DNA from: Roseibacillus sp.
GTDB lineage: Bacteria; Verrucomicrobiota; Verrucomicrobiia; Verrucomicrobiales; Akkermansiaceae
Direction: 5' to 3'
Length of the DNA stretch: 64,000 bases
Assembly: GCA_965242925.1 (NCBI GenBank)
Contig: CBDEUM010000030.1
Coordinates: 192,001-256,000, forward strand
The number at the start of each line of letters is the position of its first letter. The stretch's first letter is position 1. Positions 36,275 to 47,051 of this stretch are shown here, in pieces. The position numbers and the translations under genes were made by a program. A model generated the notes under the pieces. That model was given only the letters and a program-made list of their open reading frames with translations. It was not told where the DNA came from and did no database searches.

Positions 36275-37819
36275 CTAATGACGGAAGTGGCGATGTCCAG
36301 TAAAGACCATCGAGAGGCCCGCCTCGTTTGCAGCTGTAATGACCTCTTCATCACGCACCGATCCTCCCGGTTGAATACAGGCGGTGGCCCCGGCCTTGAT
36401 GGCCGCTTCCAGTCCGTCCGCAAAGGGGAACATCGCATCGGAGGCGATGACGCTCCCCTTCAGGGACAATCCGGCCTCCTCCGCTTTCCAAGCCGCGATG
36501 CGCGAGGAATCCACTCGGCTCATCTGGCCGGCTCCGATCCCGATCGTGCTGTCGGTGGAGGCAAACACAATGGCATTTGATTTCACATGCTTCACCACCC
36601 GCCAGGCAAACCGCATGGCCCGCAGTTCCTCCTCGGTGGGCGGGCGCTCAGTGACCACCTTTTCCTCCAGTTTATCGAGCCCCATGGCGGTGTGATCCCG
36701 ATCCATCACCATCAGTCCGCCGGGGGCTGAGCGCAGGAGCGGCTCCTTTTTCGCCCGCTGATATGCTTCGTGCATCTTCATCAGGCGCAGGTTCTTCTTC
36801 TTCTGGAGGATTGCCCGCGCTTCCGATTCAAAATCGGGAGCAATGATGACGTCCGTGAAAATCTCGCTGATCATCCGCGCCAGACTCTCGGTGAGCGGGC
36901 GATTACAGACGATCACGCCGCCAAAGGGAGCCTGTCGGTCCGTCTCAAAGGCCTTCTGCCACGCCATCCGGAGATCCTCGTCATCCTGTCCCACCCCACA
37001 CGGATTGGTGTGTTTCAGGATCGCCACTGTCGGTCGCCGGAAATCGAGAATGAGATCGGCAGCTGCTTCAATGTCCAGGATATTGGTGTAACTGAGTTCC
37101 TTCCCCTGCAGTTTGCTGAAGTGGTCGCCAAACGAACCGTAGAGCCGGGCCTTCTGGTGTGGATTGTCGCCATAACGCAACTCCCGCTCCAAGGGCAGCA
37201 TGGTCGAGAAACACGCCGTAGTGCTGTCGTCGCACTTGCCGAGATAGTTCGCGATCGCAGTGTCATACTCCGCCGTGCGCTTGAAGACCTTGAGCGACAA
37301 TTCCTCCCTCAACCGCAGGCTGGTGTCCCCCTCGTGACTCCGCATCTCCTCCAGCACACGTTCGTAATCCTCCGGGTCGGTCACCACCGTCACGGAAGTG
37401 GCATTCTTGGCCGCGCTCCGCAGCATGGAGGGCCCCCCGATATCAATATTCTCGATGGCTTCCTCCATGGTCACCTCCTCCTTCGAAACGGTCTCCTCGA
37501 ATGGGTAGAGATTGACTACTGCCAAGTCGATCGGCTCGATCCCGTTCTCCTTCGCCTGACGCAGGTGCTCCTCGGAATCACGCTTGTGCAGGAGTCCGCC
37601 GTGCACCTTGGGATGCAGGGTCTTGACCCGTCCCTCGAACAACTCCGGCGCCTCCGTATAATCGGATACATCGATCACCGGCAGATCCGCATCGCGCAGG
37701 GCCTTCGCGGTCCCTCCGGTCGAGAGCAGCTCCACCTGGAACTCCTCATGCAGAGTTCTCGCAAAATCGACCAGACCCGTCTTGCTCGAGACCGAGAGGA
37801 GCGCGCGTTGGATTGCCAT
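36275..37819 (-). CDS. purH: AICAR transformylase / IMP cyclohydrolase
   Basis: RALLSVS, GRVKTLHP, IDIGGPSMLRSAAKN, LRYGDNPHQ, TGHRHFRH. Confidence 0.97.
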   Translation of the reverse strand: MAIQRALLSVSSKTGLVDFARTLHEEFQVELLSTGGTAKALRDADLPVIDVSDYTEAPELFEGRVKTLHPKVHGGLLHKRDSEEHLRQAKENGIEPIDLAVVNLYPFEETVSKEEVTMEEAIENIDIGGPSMLRSAAKNATSVTVVTDPEDYERVLEEMRSHEGDTSLRLREELSLKVFKRTAEYDTAIANYLGKCDDSTTACFSTMLPLERELRYGDNPHQKARLYGSFGDHFSKLQGKELSYTNILDIEAAADLILDFRRPTVAILKHTNPCGVGQDDEDLRMAWQKAFETDRQAPFGGVIVCNRPLTESLARMISEIFTDVIIAPDFESEARAILQKKKNLRLMKMHEAYQRAKKEPLLRSAPGGLMVMDRDHTAMGLDKLEEKVVTERPPTEEELRAMRFAWRVVKHVKSNAIVFASTDSTIGIGAGQMSRVDSSRIAAWKAEEAGLSLKGSVIASDAMFPFADGLEAAIKAGATACIQPGGSVRDEEVITAANEAGLSMVFTGHRHFRH

Positions 37820-38036
37820 TTGCCCGGTCCCTAGCCCCCCGTCCCACCCACCGCAAGCGCATTATCCCGCTTCTTCCGCCTTGACGCGGTGCCGGAACTC
37901 CTCAGGCCCTGCTCTTCCCCCATTTTAGCCGCCCGGGACGGCCTTGCGCAATTTCTTCAACTCCTCCCCCTTGAGGTCCTTCCCTGAAGGTCGCACCCAT
38001 GGAAAAAGGCACGCAATCCCTGAAGGTGCCGGGCAT

Positions 38037-38831
38037 TCAAGCGGGATTCGTTCTCGGGGCAATTCGTCCTCTACCCCTTTCCTCACCCCCACACACCATC
38101 AGCCAATCCCATGGCCTCACGCCTTCCAGCCAGCGGGGTGGATTCTCGATCTCCTCCGACCAAGGATACTCCACTCTCCGAATCCTGCGAACACGCAGAT
38201 CCTGCTGCGCCAGGGTCGCAATCAACTCTTCCCGCATCCAGTACTTGGTGGGGGTTCCACCCACCCGGACGATCCCGTCCGTAAATGATTGGAGTTCTGC
38301 TCCCATCAGACGCTCGGCCTCGTCCGCACTCAGACCATCCGGCGGCCCCGAGCGCTCCCGGATCCTCCGGAGCGTATGATAGACGTGAAATACAGACTCA
38401 AAAGCCGGCACCACGATGATTGCCACTCCCTGTTTCCGCATCGCCGAGCGCAGGGATCGCAACATGCCGCGACGCCTGCCACTGTCCGGATCGATCAGGG
38501 CATTGATGCAACAGACCACCTCGACCCGGAAAGGTAACTCCAAGCCCCGGCTCAAATCATGGCAGGCATAGCTGACCTTTTTGCTCCGGCATCGCTGCCG
38601 GGCGCGATCGAGCAACTGCTCGGCATAGTCAACCGCGATCACCTCCTCGAAATGTCTCGCCAGTAGCGGAAGCAGGCTGCCTGGCCCACACCCGAGATCG
38701 GCAACGCGTATTCCCTCTCCCCCCAGAGCCTCCAGTTCCTCACTCAGGGCCCCGGCCCGGTCTTCCCGGGCGATTTCTAACAGATTCTCCTCATAGCAAT
38801 CCGCCAGCGAGTCCCAATAGTTGCGATCCAC
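38037..38831 (-). CDS. Class I SAM-dependent methyltransferase
   Basis: VADLGCGPG motif I, VIAVDY motif II. Confidence 0.8.
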   Translation of the reverse strand: MDRNYWDSLADCYEENLLEIAREDRAGALSEELEALGGEGIRVADLGCGPGSLLPLLARHFEEVIAVDYAEQLLDRARQRCRSKKVSYACHDLSRGLELPFRVEVVCCINALIDPDSGRRRGMLRSLRSAMRKQGVAIIVVPAFESVFHVYHTLRRIRERSGPPDGLSADEAERLMGAELQSFTDGIVRVGGTPTKYWMREELIATLAQQDLRVRRIRRVEYPWSEEIENPPRWLEGVRPWDWLMVCGGEERGRGRIAPRTNPA

Positions 38832-38968
38832 ACCACATCAAAGTGCAAAAGCCCCGGCGAGACGACCAAGAACTGCCTCTTGGGGACAACATATCATCAG
38901 ACAAACGGTTTTTCGTGCGTGGTCTCTCGCCGGGAACATGATAACTGGAGACCCTCCTCTCCTGACCA

Positions 38969-40153
38969 GTGTTCGAGCTTCTAGCCACCGATGCCACCAC
39001 CAGGGCCCGCCGCGGTCGACTCACCACTGCGCACGGCACAGTCGAAACCCCGGTCTTCATGCCGGTGGGCACCCAGGGTTCGGTCAAGACCCTGCATCCC
39101 GATGAACTGCGCCTTCTCGATGCCCAAATCATTCTCGGCAATACCTACCACCTCTGGCTGCGTCCCGGGGAGGAAACCATCCGTGAACTCGGTGGACTCC
39201 ACCGCTTCAGTGCCTGGGATCGTCCCCTCCTTACCGACTCGGGAGGCTTTCAGGTCTGGTCCCTCGCCAAAACCCGCAGGATCTCCGAGGAGGGTGTCCA
39301 CTTCCAGAACCACCTCGACGGCTCTCCGGCTCTCCTCACCCCTGAAAAGAGCATGGAGATCCAGGCCTCCCTCGGTGCCGACATTGCCATGGTCTTCGAC
39401 GAGTGTCCCCCCTTCCCCTGCGAGCGGAACTATGCCGAAAAATCCACCTCCCTCACCACCCGCTGGGCCGAACGTTGCCTGAAGTGGCACGAGGAGAATG
39501 CCGCCCATCACTATCCCGTCCCCCCCCCCACGGCTCAGAGAGATCTGACCCCTCAGGCCTCAAAAGTTGATCCCAAACGCCAGCTTTGCTTTGGAATCGT
39601 CCAGGGCTCCGCCTATGCCGACCTGCGGGAGTCATCCGCCCGCGACCTCTGTGCGCTCAACTTTGACGGCTATGCCATCGGCGGCGTCTCCGTGGGAGAA
39701 CCGGAAGAAGAGATGTTTCGTGCAGTCGATCACAGCGAACCCTTCCTCCCGTCCCACAAACCTCGTTACGCAATGGGACTGGGCACTCCTCCCCAGATAC
39801 TGGAAATGATTGCGCGGGGGGTGGACATGTTCGATTGCGTGCACCCCACCCGCTCCGCTCGCCACGGCCTGGCCTTCACTCCCGATGGTCCGATTCACAT
39901 AAAGAATGCCTGCTTCGAACGTGATCAGGCTCCCCTGACCGGGGATTGCCACCCCCATCTGGCCGACTTCTCCCGTGCCTACCTCCGCCATCTCTTCAAG
40001 GCGGGAGAAATGCTGGCTTTGCGATTGCTTTCTTTTCATAATCTTGATTTTTACCTTCGCCTGATGCGCGGCGCGAGAGAGGCCATCAATGCCGGTGCCT
40101 TCCGAGAATTCCAGTCCTCCTTCTGCGAGCGCTACAACCACCAGACCGAATGA
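38969..40153 (+). CDS. tgt: tRNA-guanine transglycosylase
   Basis: TPVFMPVGT, LGNTYHL, TDSGGFQ, GVDMFDCV. Confidence 0.97.
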   Translation: MFELLATDATTRARRGRLTTAHGTVETPVFMPVGTQGSVKTLHPDELRLLDAQIILGNTYHLWLRPGEETIRELGGLHRFSAWDRPLLTDSGGFQVWSLAKTRRISEEGVHFQNHLDGSPALLTPEKSMEIQASLGADIAMVFDECPPFPCERNYAEKSTSLTTRWAERCLKWHEENAAHHYPVPPPTAQRDLTPQASKVDPKRQLCFGIVQGSAYADLRESSARDLCALNFDGYAIGGVSVGEPEEEMFRAVDHSEPFLPSHKPRYAMGLGTPPQILEMIARGVDMFDCVHPTRSARHGLAFTPDGPIHIKNACFERDQAPLTGDCHPHLADFSRAYLRHLFKAGEMLALRLLSFHNLDFYLRLMRGAREAINAGAFREFQSSFCERYNHQTE

Positions 40154-40530
40154 AGCATTATTCCATCATCGCCGCCGCTCCACCAACAGGTGAGGCCAGT
40201 CAGAATCCCATGGGGAGCATGTGGATCATGCTCATCCTGATGTTCGTGATCATGTATTTTCTCATCATCCGCCCCCAGTCCAAGCAAAAGAAGGAACAGG
40301 CTCAGCGGGTGGCCTCTATTGAGAAGGGCGACAAGATCGTCACCATCGGCGGCCTGCATGGTGCCGTCCATCACATCTCCAAGACCACCGTGACGGTGAA
40401 ACTCTCCGAGGGGGTCTTCGTCCCCTTCGAGAAGGATGCCATCCGTTCGGTTGCCAAGGTTGGCAAGGGAGGGAAGAAGGAGCAGGAGGAAGAACCCGGG
40501 GAAGAGGAGATCGCTGACGACAAGGAGTAG
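40150..40530 (+). CDS. yajC: Preprotein translocase subunit YajC
   Basis: YFLIIRPQ, GDKIVTIGGLHG; position after tgt. Confidence 0.93.
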   Translation: MKHYSIIAAAPPTGEASQNPMGSMWIMLILMFVIMYFLIIRPQSKQKKEQAQRVASIEKGDKIVTIGGLHGAVHHISKTTVTVKLSEGVFVPFEKDAIRSVAKVGKGGKKEQEEEPGEEEIADDKE

Positions 40531-40554
40531 TATTGTTCGCTCGTTCCCTGATCG

Positions 40555-41322
40555 ATGCGCATTTCCCTCCCACTTGTCGTTGTCCTTCTCCCCTGTGTCT
40601 GCCTGTCCCTCACGGGATGCAAATCGGAGAGCAGGCCCAACTTCGAGGCCGACCTCTCCCTTCCTCCGGACAATCCCGACTTGTCCGAGACCACTCTGGT
40701 GGCCGAGTTGGAGGCCCGTGCCGAATTGCTTGAAATGAGGCTTGAGATCAAACCCGGCGAGGAACTCGATCGCCGCCTCACGGTGCGGTTCCGCGCCGAA
40801 GACAAGGAGGACGCCCTGACCTGGCTCGATGCCCTCTGCCAGAGCGGCAGGGTCAGCATCCGTGCGGTGCACGACCGCAGCGCCTATCTCACCGACATCA
40901 TTCACAAGGACCCCTCCCAATTCCCCCCGGACCACGAAATCCACACCTATCGGATCGAAGCGGGCGACGTCCCGAGAAGTGAAAAACTGGCCGTAGCCCG
41001 TGCCGAAATTCTCGACAACAGCCATGTGAAAAGCGCGCTTGCGACCCGCGGAAAGCAGCACACGGTTCATATCTCCTTGACTACCAGCGGCGGAGACCGA
41101 ATTCGGGCTGCCACCGAAAAAATGCAAAAAGGCCGCTCTCGGCTTGCCATCATCTACGATGAACGGATTATCAGCGCCCCGGTCGTCACCCAAGAATTGT
41201 GGACCCCGGTAACCCTTGAAGGATTCAACTCCTTTGAGGAAGCCCAGGCCCTCGCCGCCGCGCTCAACAAGCCCCTTTCCGCCAAACTCCTGATCGAATC
41301 ACTGATGCCGCTTGCGCGATAG
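40555..41322 (+). CDS. Lipoprotein with SecD P1-head-like domain
   Basis: Lipobox LTGC; RLAIIYDERIISAPVV...EEAQALAAALNKPL parallels SecDF RLAIVLDGEIKSAPVV...EECRNLSATLMNPL. Confidence 0.7.
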   Translation: MRISLPLVVVLLPCVCLSLTGCKSESRPNFEADLSLPPDNPDLSETTLVAELEARAELLEMRLEIKPGEELDRRLTVRFRAEDKEDALTWLDALCQSGRVSIRAVHDRSAYLTDIIHKDPSQFPPDHEIHTYRIEAGDVPRSEKLAVARAEILDNSHVKSALATRGKQHTVHISLTTSGGDRIRAATEKMQKGRSRLAIIYDERIISAPVVTQELWTPVTLEGFNSFEEAQALAAALNKPLSAKLLIESLMPLAR

Positions 41323-41368
41323 GCCAAGAAGCCTCAATGGTCTCCAACTCCCACGCATCTTCCACAAA

Positions 41369-44095
41369 ATGCAACCCACGATCGTTTTCCTCTCCGGCCT
41401 GGTCATCCTCGCTCTCCTCTTCTGGTATCTTGCCAGTGACGATATCAGCCGCAAACGCAAGGTGGGGACCACCCTCATTGCAGGGATCGTCCTGCTCTGC
41501 ATCTGGTCGCTGGCCCCTCGCTCCGAGGACTCCGAATTCCGCGCCGGGGATCTGATCGCCCTCGGCGACGGCTACGAGCTCACGGTCGAGGCCATTGCTG
41601 CCACCGACAAAAAGGGGGAGGAGATCGAGATGAAGCAGGAGACTCTCGATGCCAGGTTGCGCACCCTGCAGGAGCGCCTGCAGATCGACGGGAAGGGCGC
41701 GACCTACTCCTCCAACCTCCCCAGGACCATTACCATCCGCATGCCAGGATTCTCCGAGGAGGAGGCGGAAGAGGTGAAGGCCAAGGTCATCGCCAAACAA
41801 CAGGTCGACTCACTCAAGCCCGGGATCGACCTGGCCGGGGGAGCTTCCTTCACCCTCCAGGTCCAACCCAAGGTCGATCAGGACGCTGGAGAAACAATCG
41901 AAGTGACCTCCGACGCCATTCAGCAGGCCGTCAAGACCCTCCAGGGACGCCTCAATCCCGACGGCACCAAGGACATGCTGATCCAACCCCAGGGCGAGGA
42001 CATGATCATCATCGAGATGCCCGGTGTCTCTGAGGAAGAAGCCGCCTGGGTCCGGGAAATTATCCAGAAACAGTCCGTCCTCGAACTGCGTGCAGTCCAC
42101 CCCAACAATGACAGTCTGGCCCCCCAGGTTGCTGCCAAGGAGAAGGCAGTGCCCGGATACAGACTCTATACCCATTCCTACACCAACGACCGCACCGGGG
42201 ATCCGGTCACCGAACAACTTCTCCTTGAGAAGCGCAACAAGATCGAGGGCAAGCACGTCAAGAAGGCCTTTCCAGACCAGGGATCGACGGGTGTGGTCCG
42301 GGTGGAACTGAGCAACAGCGGAGGCAAACTGATGCGGAACCTGACCGCTCCCATGACCAAGGGGAGCGACCGGCTTGCCATCGTCCTCGACGGCGAAATC
42401 AAAAGCGCACCCGTGGTTCAGGCCACTCTCTCCTCGATCTTCGTCATCGAGGGAATGGGCGATGCGGAGGAGTGCCGCAATCTCTCCGCCACCCTGATGA
42501 ACCCCCTGGAGAACCCCCTCAAGATCCTGAAGGAATCGACGGTCACCGCACGCCTCGGTGCTGCCACGGTCAGCCAGGGAATCTACGCCGGCATCGCCGG
42601 ACTCGCACTCACCCTCGTGTTTCTCATCATCTACTACCGCATCGCAGGATTCATCGCCCTCATTGGTCTTACCATAAACGTGCTTATCCTTTTCGGGGCG
42701 ATGGCCATGTTCGAATTCACCTTCACCCTGCCGGGGATCGCCGGCATCATCCTCACCATCGGGGTGGCCGTGGATGCCAACGTCCTCATCTACGAGCGCC
42801 TGCGCGAGGAATTGCAGGAGGGAAAATCGCTGGGATCCGCCATTCAGGCTGCCTATGAGAAGGCCTTCACCGCCATCTTCGACGCCAACATCACCACCCT
42901 CATCACCGCCATCATCCTCTTCTGGCGTGCCTCGGGCACGGTCAAGGGCTTCGCGATCACCCTCACGATCGGAATTCTGGCCTCCATGTTCGCAGCCCTG
43001 GTGGTGACCCGCGTGGTCTTCTGGTGGACCGCACGCGGACCGGACAAGGGCGTTCGCAAGCTCACGTTCCTGAATATGGCCCCCAAGAGGACCATCAACT
43101 TCATGGGCCTGCGCAAGGCGGCCTTCGCAATCTCGCTCGCCGGACTCGCCGGCAGTCTCCTCATGGTCGGCACCAAACGCGAGGAGGCCCTCGGCATCGA
43201 CTTCGCAGGGGGTGCCCTCATCCAGTTCCAGACCCAGGAGGAACGGGTTCTGGAAAAGGACGCCAGCGCCGCTCTCGAGGACCTGGATCTCAAGAAGGTT
43301 CCCATCATCCAGAATGAAACTCTCCCCGCTCCTGACAATTCAGAGATTCTTTCCATCCGCTGCGCGGATGAGGATGCCCAGCAGATCGTGATTACCCTGC
43401 GGGAGAAGATCCCTTCTCTCAGCCTGAAGAAAGACCCCGTGGAAGGGAACCCTGCTTCCGCTACCGGGGAAGACGGAGCTCCTGATACCCCATGGAAATA
43501 TGATTCTTCCCGGGACACCGTGGAAGCCAGCCTGGGCGCGGATTTCCTTGTCAATTCCCTCATCGCCCTCGGGATTGGCCTCGTGGGCATCCTCCTCTAC
43601 ATCACCATTCGCTTCGAATTCTCCTTTGCAGTGGGCGCATTTGCCGCCCTCTTTCATGATGTCCTCATCTGTATCGGCATCGTGGTCCTGGCCGGGCAGG
43701 AACTCTCCCTCATCCACGTCGGCGCCTTTCTTACCATCGCAGGATATTCCATCAACGATACCATCGTCGTCTTTGACCGGATTCGGGAAACGCTCCGTAC
43801 GAAACGGGGAGAGGTAGCCAGTGTGATGAACCTGGCCATCAATGCGACCCTGTCCCGGACCATCCTGACTTCCCTGACCACCTTCATGGCGGTCCTTGTG
43901 CTGTATATCTTTGGAGGAGCCTCCCTCAAGGCATTCTCGTTCGCCATCATGATCGGGGTCATTGTGGGGACTTACTCTTCCATCTTTGTCGCCTCGCCCA
44001 TCGTGCTCATCTGGAGTCGCATGCGCGGAACCAACCTTCGCCGCGAACTCCTCGACGCCAATCTCGAAGCCCAGGTCAATCCGGGGCGCGGGTAA
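41369..44095 (+). CDS. secD: Fused protein translocase subunit SecDF
   Basis: GIDLAGG, TLPGIAGIILTIGVAVDANVLIYER, GIDFAGG, GYSINDTIVVFDRIRE. Confidence 0.95.
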   Translation: MQPTIVFLSGLVILALLFWYLASDDISRKRKVGTTLIAGIVLLCIWSLAPRSEDSEFRAGDLIALGDGYELTVEAIAATDKKGEEIEMKQETLDARLRTLQERLQIDGKGATYSSNLPRTITIRMPGFSEEEAEEVKAKVIAKQQVDSLKPGIDLAGGASFTLQVQPKVDQDAGETIEVTSDAIQQAVKTLQGRLNPDGTKDMLIQPQGEDMIIIEMPGVSEEEAAWVREIIQKQSVLELRAVHPNNDSLAPQVAAKEKAVPGYRLYTHSYTNDRTGDPVTEQLLLEKRNKIEGKHVKKAFPDQGSTGVVRVELSNSGGKLMRNLTAPMTKGSDRLAIVLDGEIKSAPVVQATLSSIFVIEGMGDAEECRNLSATLMNPLENPLKILKESTVTARLGAATVSQGIYAGIAGLALTLVFLIIYYRIAGFIALIGLTINVLILFGAMAMFEFTFTLPGIAGIILTIGVAVDANVLIYERLREELQEGKSLGSAIQAAYEKAFTAIFDANITTLITAIILFWRASGTVKGFAITLTIGILASMFAALVVTRVVFWWTARGPDKGVRKLTFLNMAPKRTINFMGLRKAAFAISLAGLAGSLLMVGTKREEALGIDFAGGALIQFQTQEERVLEKDASAALEDLDLKKVPIIQNETLPAPDNSEILSIRCADEDAQQIVITLREKIPSLSLKKDPVEGNPASATGEDGAPDTPWKYDSSRDTVEASLGADFLVNSLIALGIGLVGILLYITIRFEFSFAVGAFAALFHDVLICIGIVVLAGQELSLIHVGAFLTIAGYSINDTIVVFDRIRETLRTKRGEVASVMNLAINATLSRTILTSLTTFMAVLVLYIFGGASLKAFSFAIMIGVIVGTYSSIFVASPIVLIWSRMRGTNLRRELLDANLEAQVNPGRG

Positions 44096-44195
44096 TTCTC
44101 AGGGGCAACGGCAACCCCCGGGGCTCCCCGCCTGACGGCAGCCCAATTCTCTGGAAAATCCCGTCCCCTCTGCTACCTTCGGAATTCTGCCGAAG

Positions 44196-45383
44196 ATGCC
44201 CCGCCGCGCCTTTCTCCCCGCCCTGCTCCTTCTTACCGCGGATTTCTCTCCCGCCCAAGAGCACGCGGGCCCTCCTGTCGACAAATCTTCTGCTTCCGAG
44301 ACGGCGGCATCCCTCCCGCCCAAGGACGACGGAACCCGCGTCTCCATCCTGGGTTACCACGAGTTTTCCTCCAGCCTGGCGCCCTCCCAGATGCGGATTC
44401 GCACGGCCACCTTTCGCAAGCAGATGGAGGCCCTCAAGAATCTCGGTCTTCCCGTGATCCCTCTGGAGGATCTCCTGGCCTGGAAAAAGGGCGTGAAATT
44501 CATTCCGCCCCGCTCGGTGGTCCTCACTATCGATGATGGCTGGAAGTCGGTCTACACCGAGGCCTTCCCCATCCTGAAGGAATTCAGGTTTCCCTTCACG
44601 ATCTACCTCTACAAGAACTACGTCGACGGTGGAGGACGGGCCCTCACCACCGCCATGATCAAGGAAATGCAACAACACGGTTGCACCATCGGGAGCCACT
44701 CCGTGTCCCACCCCTTCCCCGGCACCGTCAAATATCACGCCAGGAAGGGAGCCGAGGCCTACGACAAGTTCCTCCGGCGGGAGTTCGGCGAATCCAGGCG
44801 CTTCCTGGAATCGAAGTTTGGACAGAGCATCACCACCTACGCCTATCCCGGAGGCTACTACACTGAGACCATGTATCCCATAGCCGAGGAATATGGCTAC
44901 GACTACCTCTTCACCGTCCTTCCCGGGAAGATTCGCCGGGACCTTGATGACAGACGACTCCCGCGCTACATCATTCACGGCAATTCCGACCTTCACTTCG
45001 AACAGGCCACCACCTTCAAGTCCATCCTCGGCACTGAGACCCTGGTGGGCGCCGTTGTCCAGACCACCCCGCATCCCGTCGTGCCCGAACCTGGCAGCCG
45101 CATCGAATCACGACTTCCCTCCATCAGGGCCGATCTTTCCGATGTGGAGAATCTTGATGCGGAATCCATTGTCATGCGCGTGTCCGGTTTTGGCAGGGTG
45201 GAGCACAAGTATGAGCCCGCCACCTCCCAACTCAGCTGGACCGTCAACCGCCGCCTGCGTCACCGCGTGTGCGAAGTAAACGTGCAGTGGCGCCTGAGGG
45301 GGCGAACCAAGTACGAATCCCCCCTGCGCTGGAGCTTTCTTATCGAGCGGGAGGCTGCCTATCAGGCGGGAGCGGGAGAGTAG
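44196..45383 (+). CDS. Polysaccharide deacetylase family protein
   Basis: ILGYH, LTIDDGW, IGSHSVSH, YAYPGG. Confidence 0.88.
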   Translation: MPRRAFLPALLLLTADFSPAQEHAGPPVDKSSASETAASLPPKDDGTRVSILGYHEFSSSLAPSQMRIRTATFRKQMEALKNLGLPVIPLEDLLAWKKGVKFIPPRSVVLTIDDGWKSVYTEAFPILKEFRFPFTIYLYKNYVDGGGRALTTAMIKEMQQHGCTIGSHSVSHPFPGTVKYHARKGAEAYDKFLRREFGESRRFLESKFGQSITTYAYPGGYYTETMYPIAEEYGYDYLFTVLPGKIRRDLDDRRLPRYIIHGNSDLHFEQATTFKSILGTETLVGAVVQTTPHPVVPEPGSRIESRLPSIRADLSDVENLDAESIVMRVSGFGRVEHKYEPATSQLSWTVNRRLRHRVCEVNVQWRLRGRTKYESPLRWSFLIEREAAYQAGAGE

Positions 45384-45536
45384 GCAAACGGTATTCGTTA
45401 TTGAGTTATTGCCCATAAGGGCACAGAACCCAGCTCACCCGACATCCCGGTTCCACCGAAAGGAACGAACCCTTCCTCACCAGATCGATCCCCGCTCCCC
45501 TTCCCCGGCAATCATACCTCCATCCCCGTTTTTCCT

Positions 45537-46937
45537 ATGTTTTCTTCGCTCGCTGACAATCTCGACGTGACCTTCCGCAACCTGCGGGGGGTGGGCCGAA
45601 TTTCCGAAAAGAACATCTCGGACGCCCTTCGTGAAATTCGTCTCGCCCTCCTTGAAGCGGATGTCGAATACAAGGTGGCACAGACCTTCATCGAGAGCGT
45701 CAAGAAGAAGGCCGTGGGCGAGGATGTCCTCAAGTCCATCAAGCCCGGCGAGCAGATCGTCAAAATATTCCACGACGAGCTGACGACCCTCCTCGGCGGC
45801 GACCAGGCGCCTCTCGATCTCAATCCCCCTGCCCGCATCCTGCTCTGCGGACTGAACGGTGCCGGCAAAACCACCACCGCGGGCAAACTCGCCCTGCGAC
45901 TGAAAAAGGAAGGGCGCCGTCCGCTCCTTGTGGCCTGCGACCTCTATCGCCCCGCCGCCATCGACCAGCTCGCCACCATCGCGAAGCAGGTCGATGTCCC
46001 CTGCTATACTCCGGAGGCAGGAGAAAAGAACGTGGTGAAGGTAGCAAAGGCCGCTCTGAAGTGGGCGGAACGTCAGTCAGGATCCTGCATTATCTTTGAT
46101 ACCGCAGGCCGACAGGAAGTTGATCGGACCCTGATCAGGGAACTGCAGGACCTCCACAAATTTCTCAAGCCGAACGAGACTCTCCTCGTGGCGGATGCCG
46201 CCACCGGCCAACAGGCCGTCAAGGTAGCACAAATCTTCGACGAAGCGGTCGTTCTCAGCGGAATCGTCCTCACCAAGCTCGATGGGGACGCCCGTGGTGG
46301 CGCCGCCCTTTCCATGCGTGCGGTCACCGGTCGACCTATCAAATATGTGGGCGAAGGGGAAAATCTCGACCAGTTCAATGAGTTCCACCCCGACCGCATG
46401 GCAGGCCGTGTCCTCGACATGGGAGACACCGTCTCCATGGTCGAGCAGGTCGCTGAACACCTCGACGAGGAGAAGGCGGCCAAGGCCGCCAAGCGACTGG
46501 AGAAGGGACGTTTTGATTTCAACGACTTTCTTGAGCAGATGAAGATGCTTCAGAATCTCGGCCCTCTTGAGGGACTGCTCGGCATGCTCCCCGGCTTCAA
46601 CAAGATCAAGAAACAGCTTCCTTCCGGCGCCCTCGACTCAAAGCGAATCAAGCACATGGAGGCCATCGTGCTTTCCATGACTCCCAGGGAGCGTACCCGC
46701 CCTGAGATCATCAAGGGCACGCGCCGTAAACGCATTGCCAGCGGCTCCGGTCGCACTCTCCTTGAGGTCAATCAGCTCCTCAAGCAATTTGGCATGATGC
46801 GCAAAATGATGAAGTCGAAGGGCAAGATGAAGAACATGATGAAACAACTTGGCGCCCTCGGCGGGGGTGACATGGGCGGCATGGAGAACCTCATGGGCGG
46901 CATGGATGGAAAAGGAGGGCCGAAGCTCCCCTTTTAG
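45537..46937 (+). CDS. ffh: Signal recognition particle protein
   Basis: ALLEADV, GAGKTTT, DTAGR, TKLDGDARGG, Met-rich M domain. Confidence 0.97.
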   Translation: MFSSLADNLDVTFRNLRGVGRISEKNISDALREIRLALLEADVEYKVAQTFIESVKKKAVGEDVLKSIKPGEQIVKIFHDELTTLLGGDQAPLDLNPPARILLCGLNGAGKTTTAGKLALRLKKEGRRPLLVACDLYRPAAIDQLATIAKQVDVPCYTPEAGEKNVVKVAKAALKWAERQSGSCIIFDTAGRQEVDRTLIRELQDLHKFLKPNETLLVADAATGQQAVKVAQIFDEAVVLSGIVLTKLDGDARGGAALSMRAVTGRPIKYVGEGENLDQFNEFHPDRMAGRVLDMGDTVSMVEQVAEHLDEEKAAKAAKRLEKGRFDFNDFLEQMKMLQNLGPLEGLLGMLPGFNKIKKQLPSGALDSKRIKHMEAIVLSMTPRERTRPEIIKGTRRKRIASGSGRTLLEVNQLLKQFGMMRKMMKSKGKMKNMMKQLGALGGGDMGGMENLMGGMDGKGGPKLPF

Positions 46938-47051
46938 ACTGCAGGGATCATTCTCCGCATCAATCCAACCAGCAACAACCTGCTCTCCTTTCAGGACGGG
47001 GGACACTCCCTCTGGTGACGACAAACCTGGAAAAACCCGCCCGCCTCTGCC

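Noticed and set aside
45384..45536. SRP RNA upstream of ffh
   Set aside because: Only a small hairpin; I could not find the conserved SRP domain IV motif
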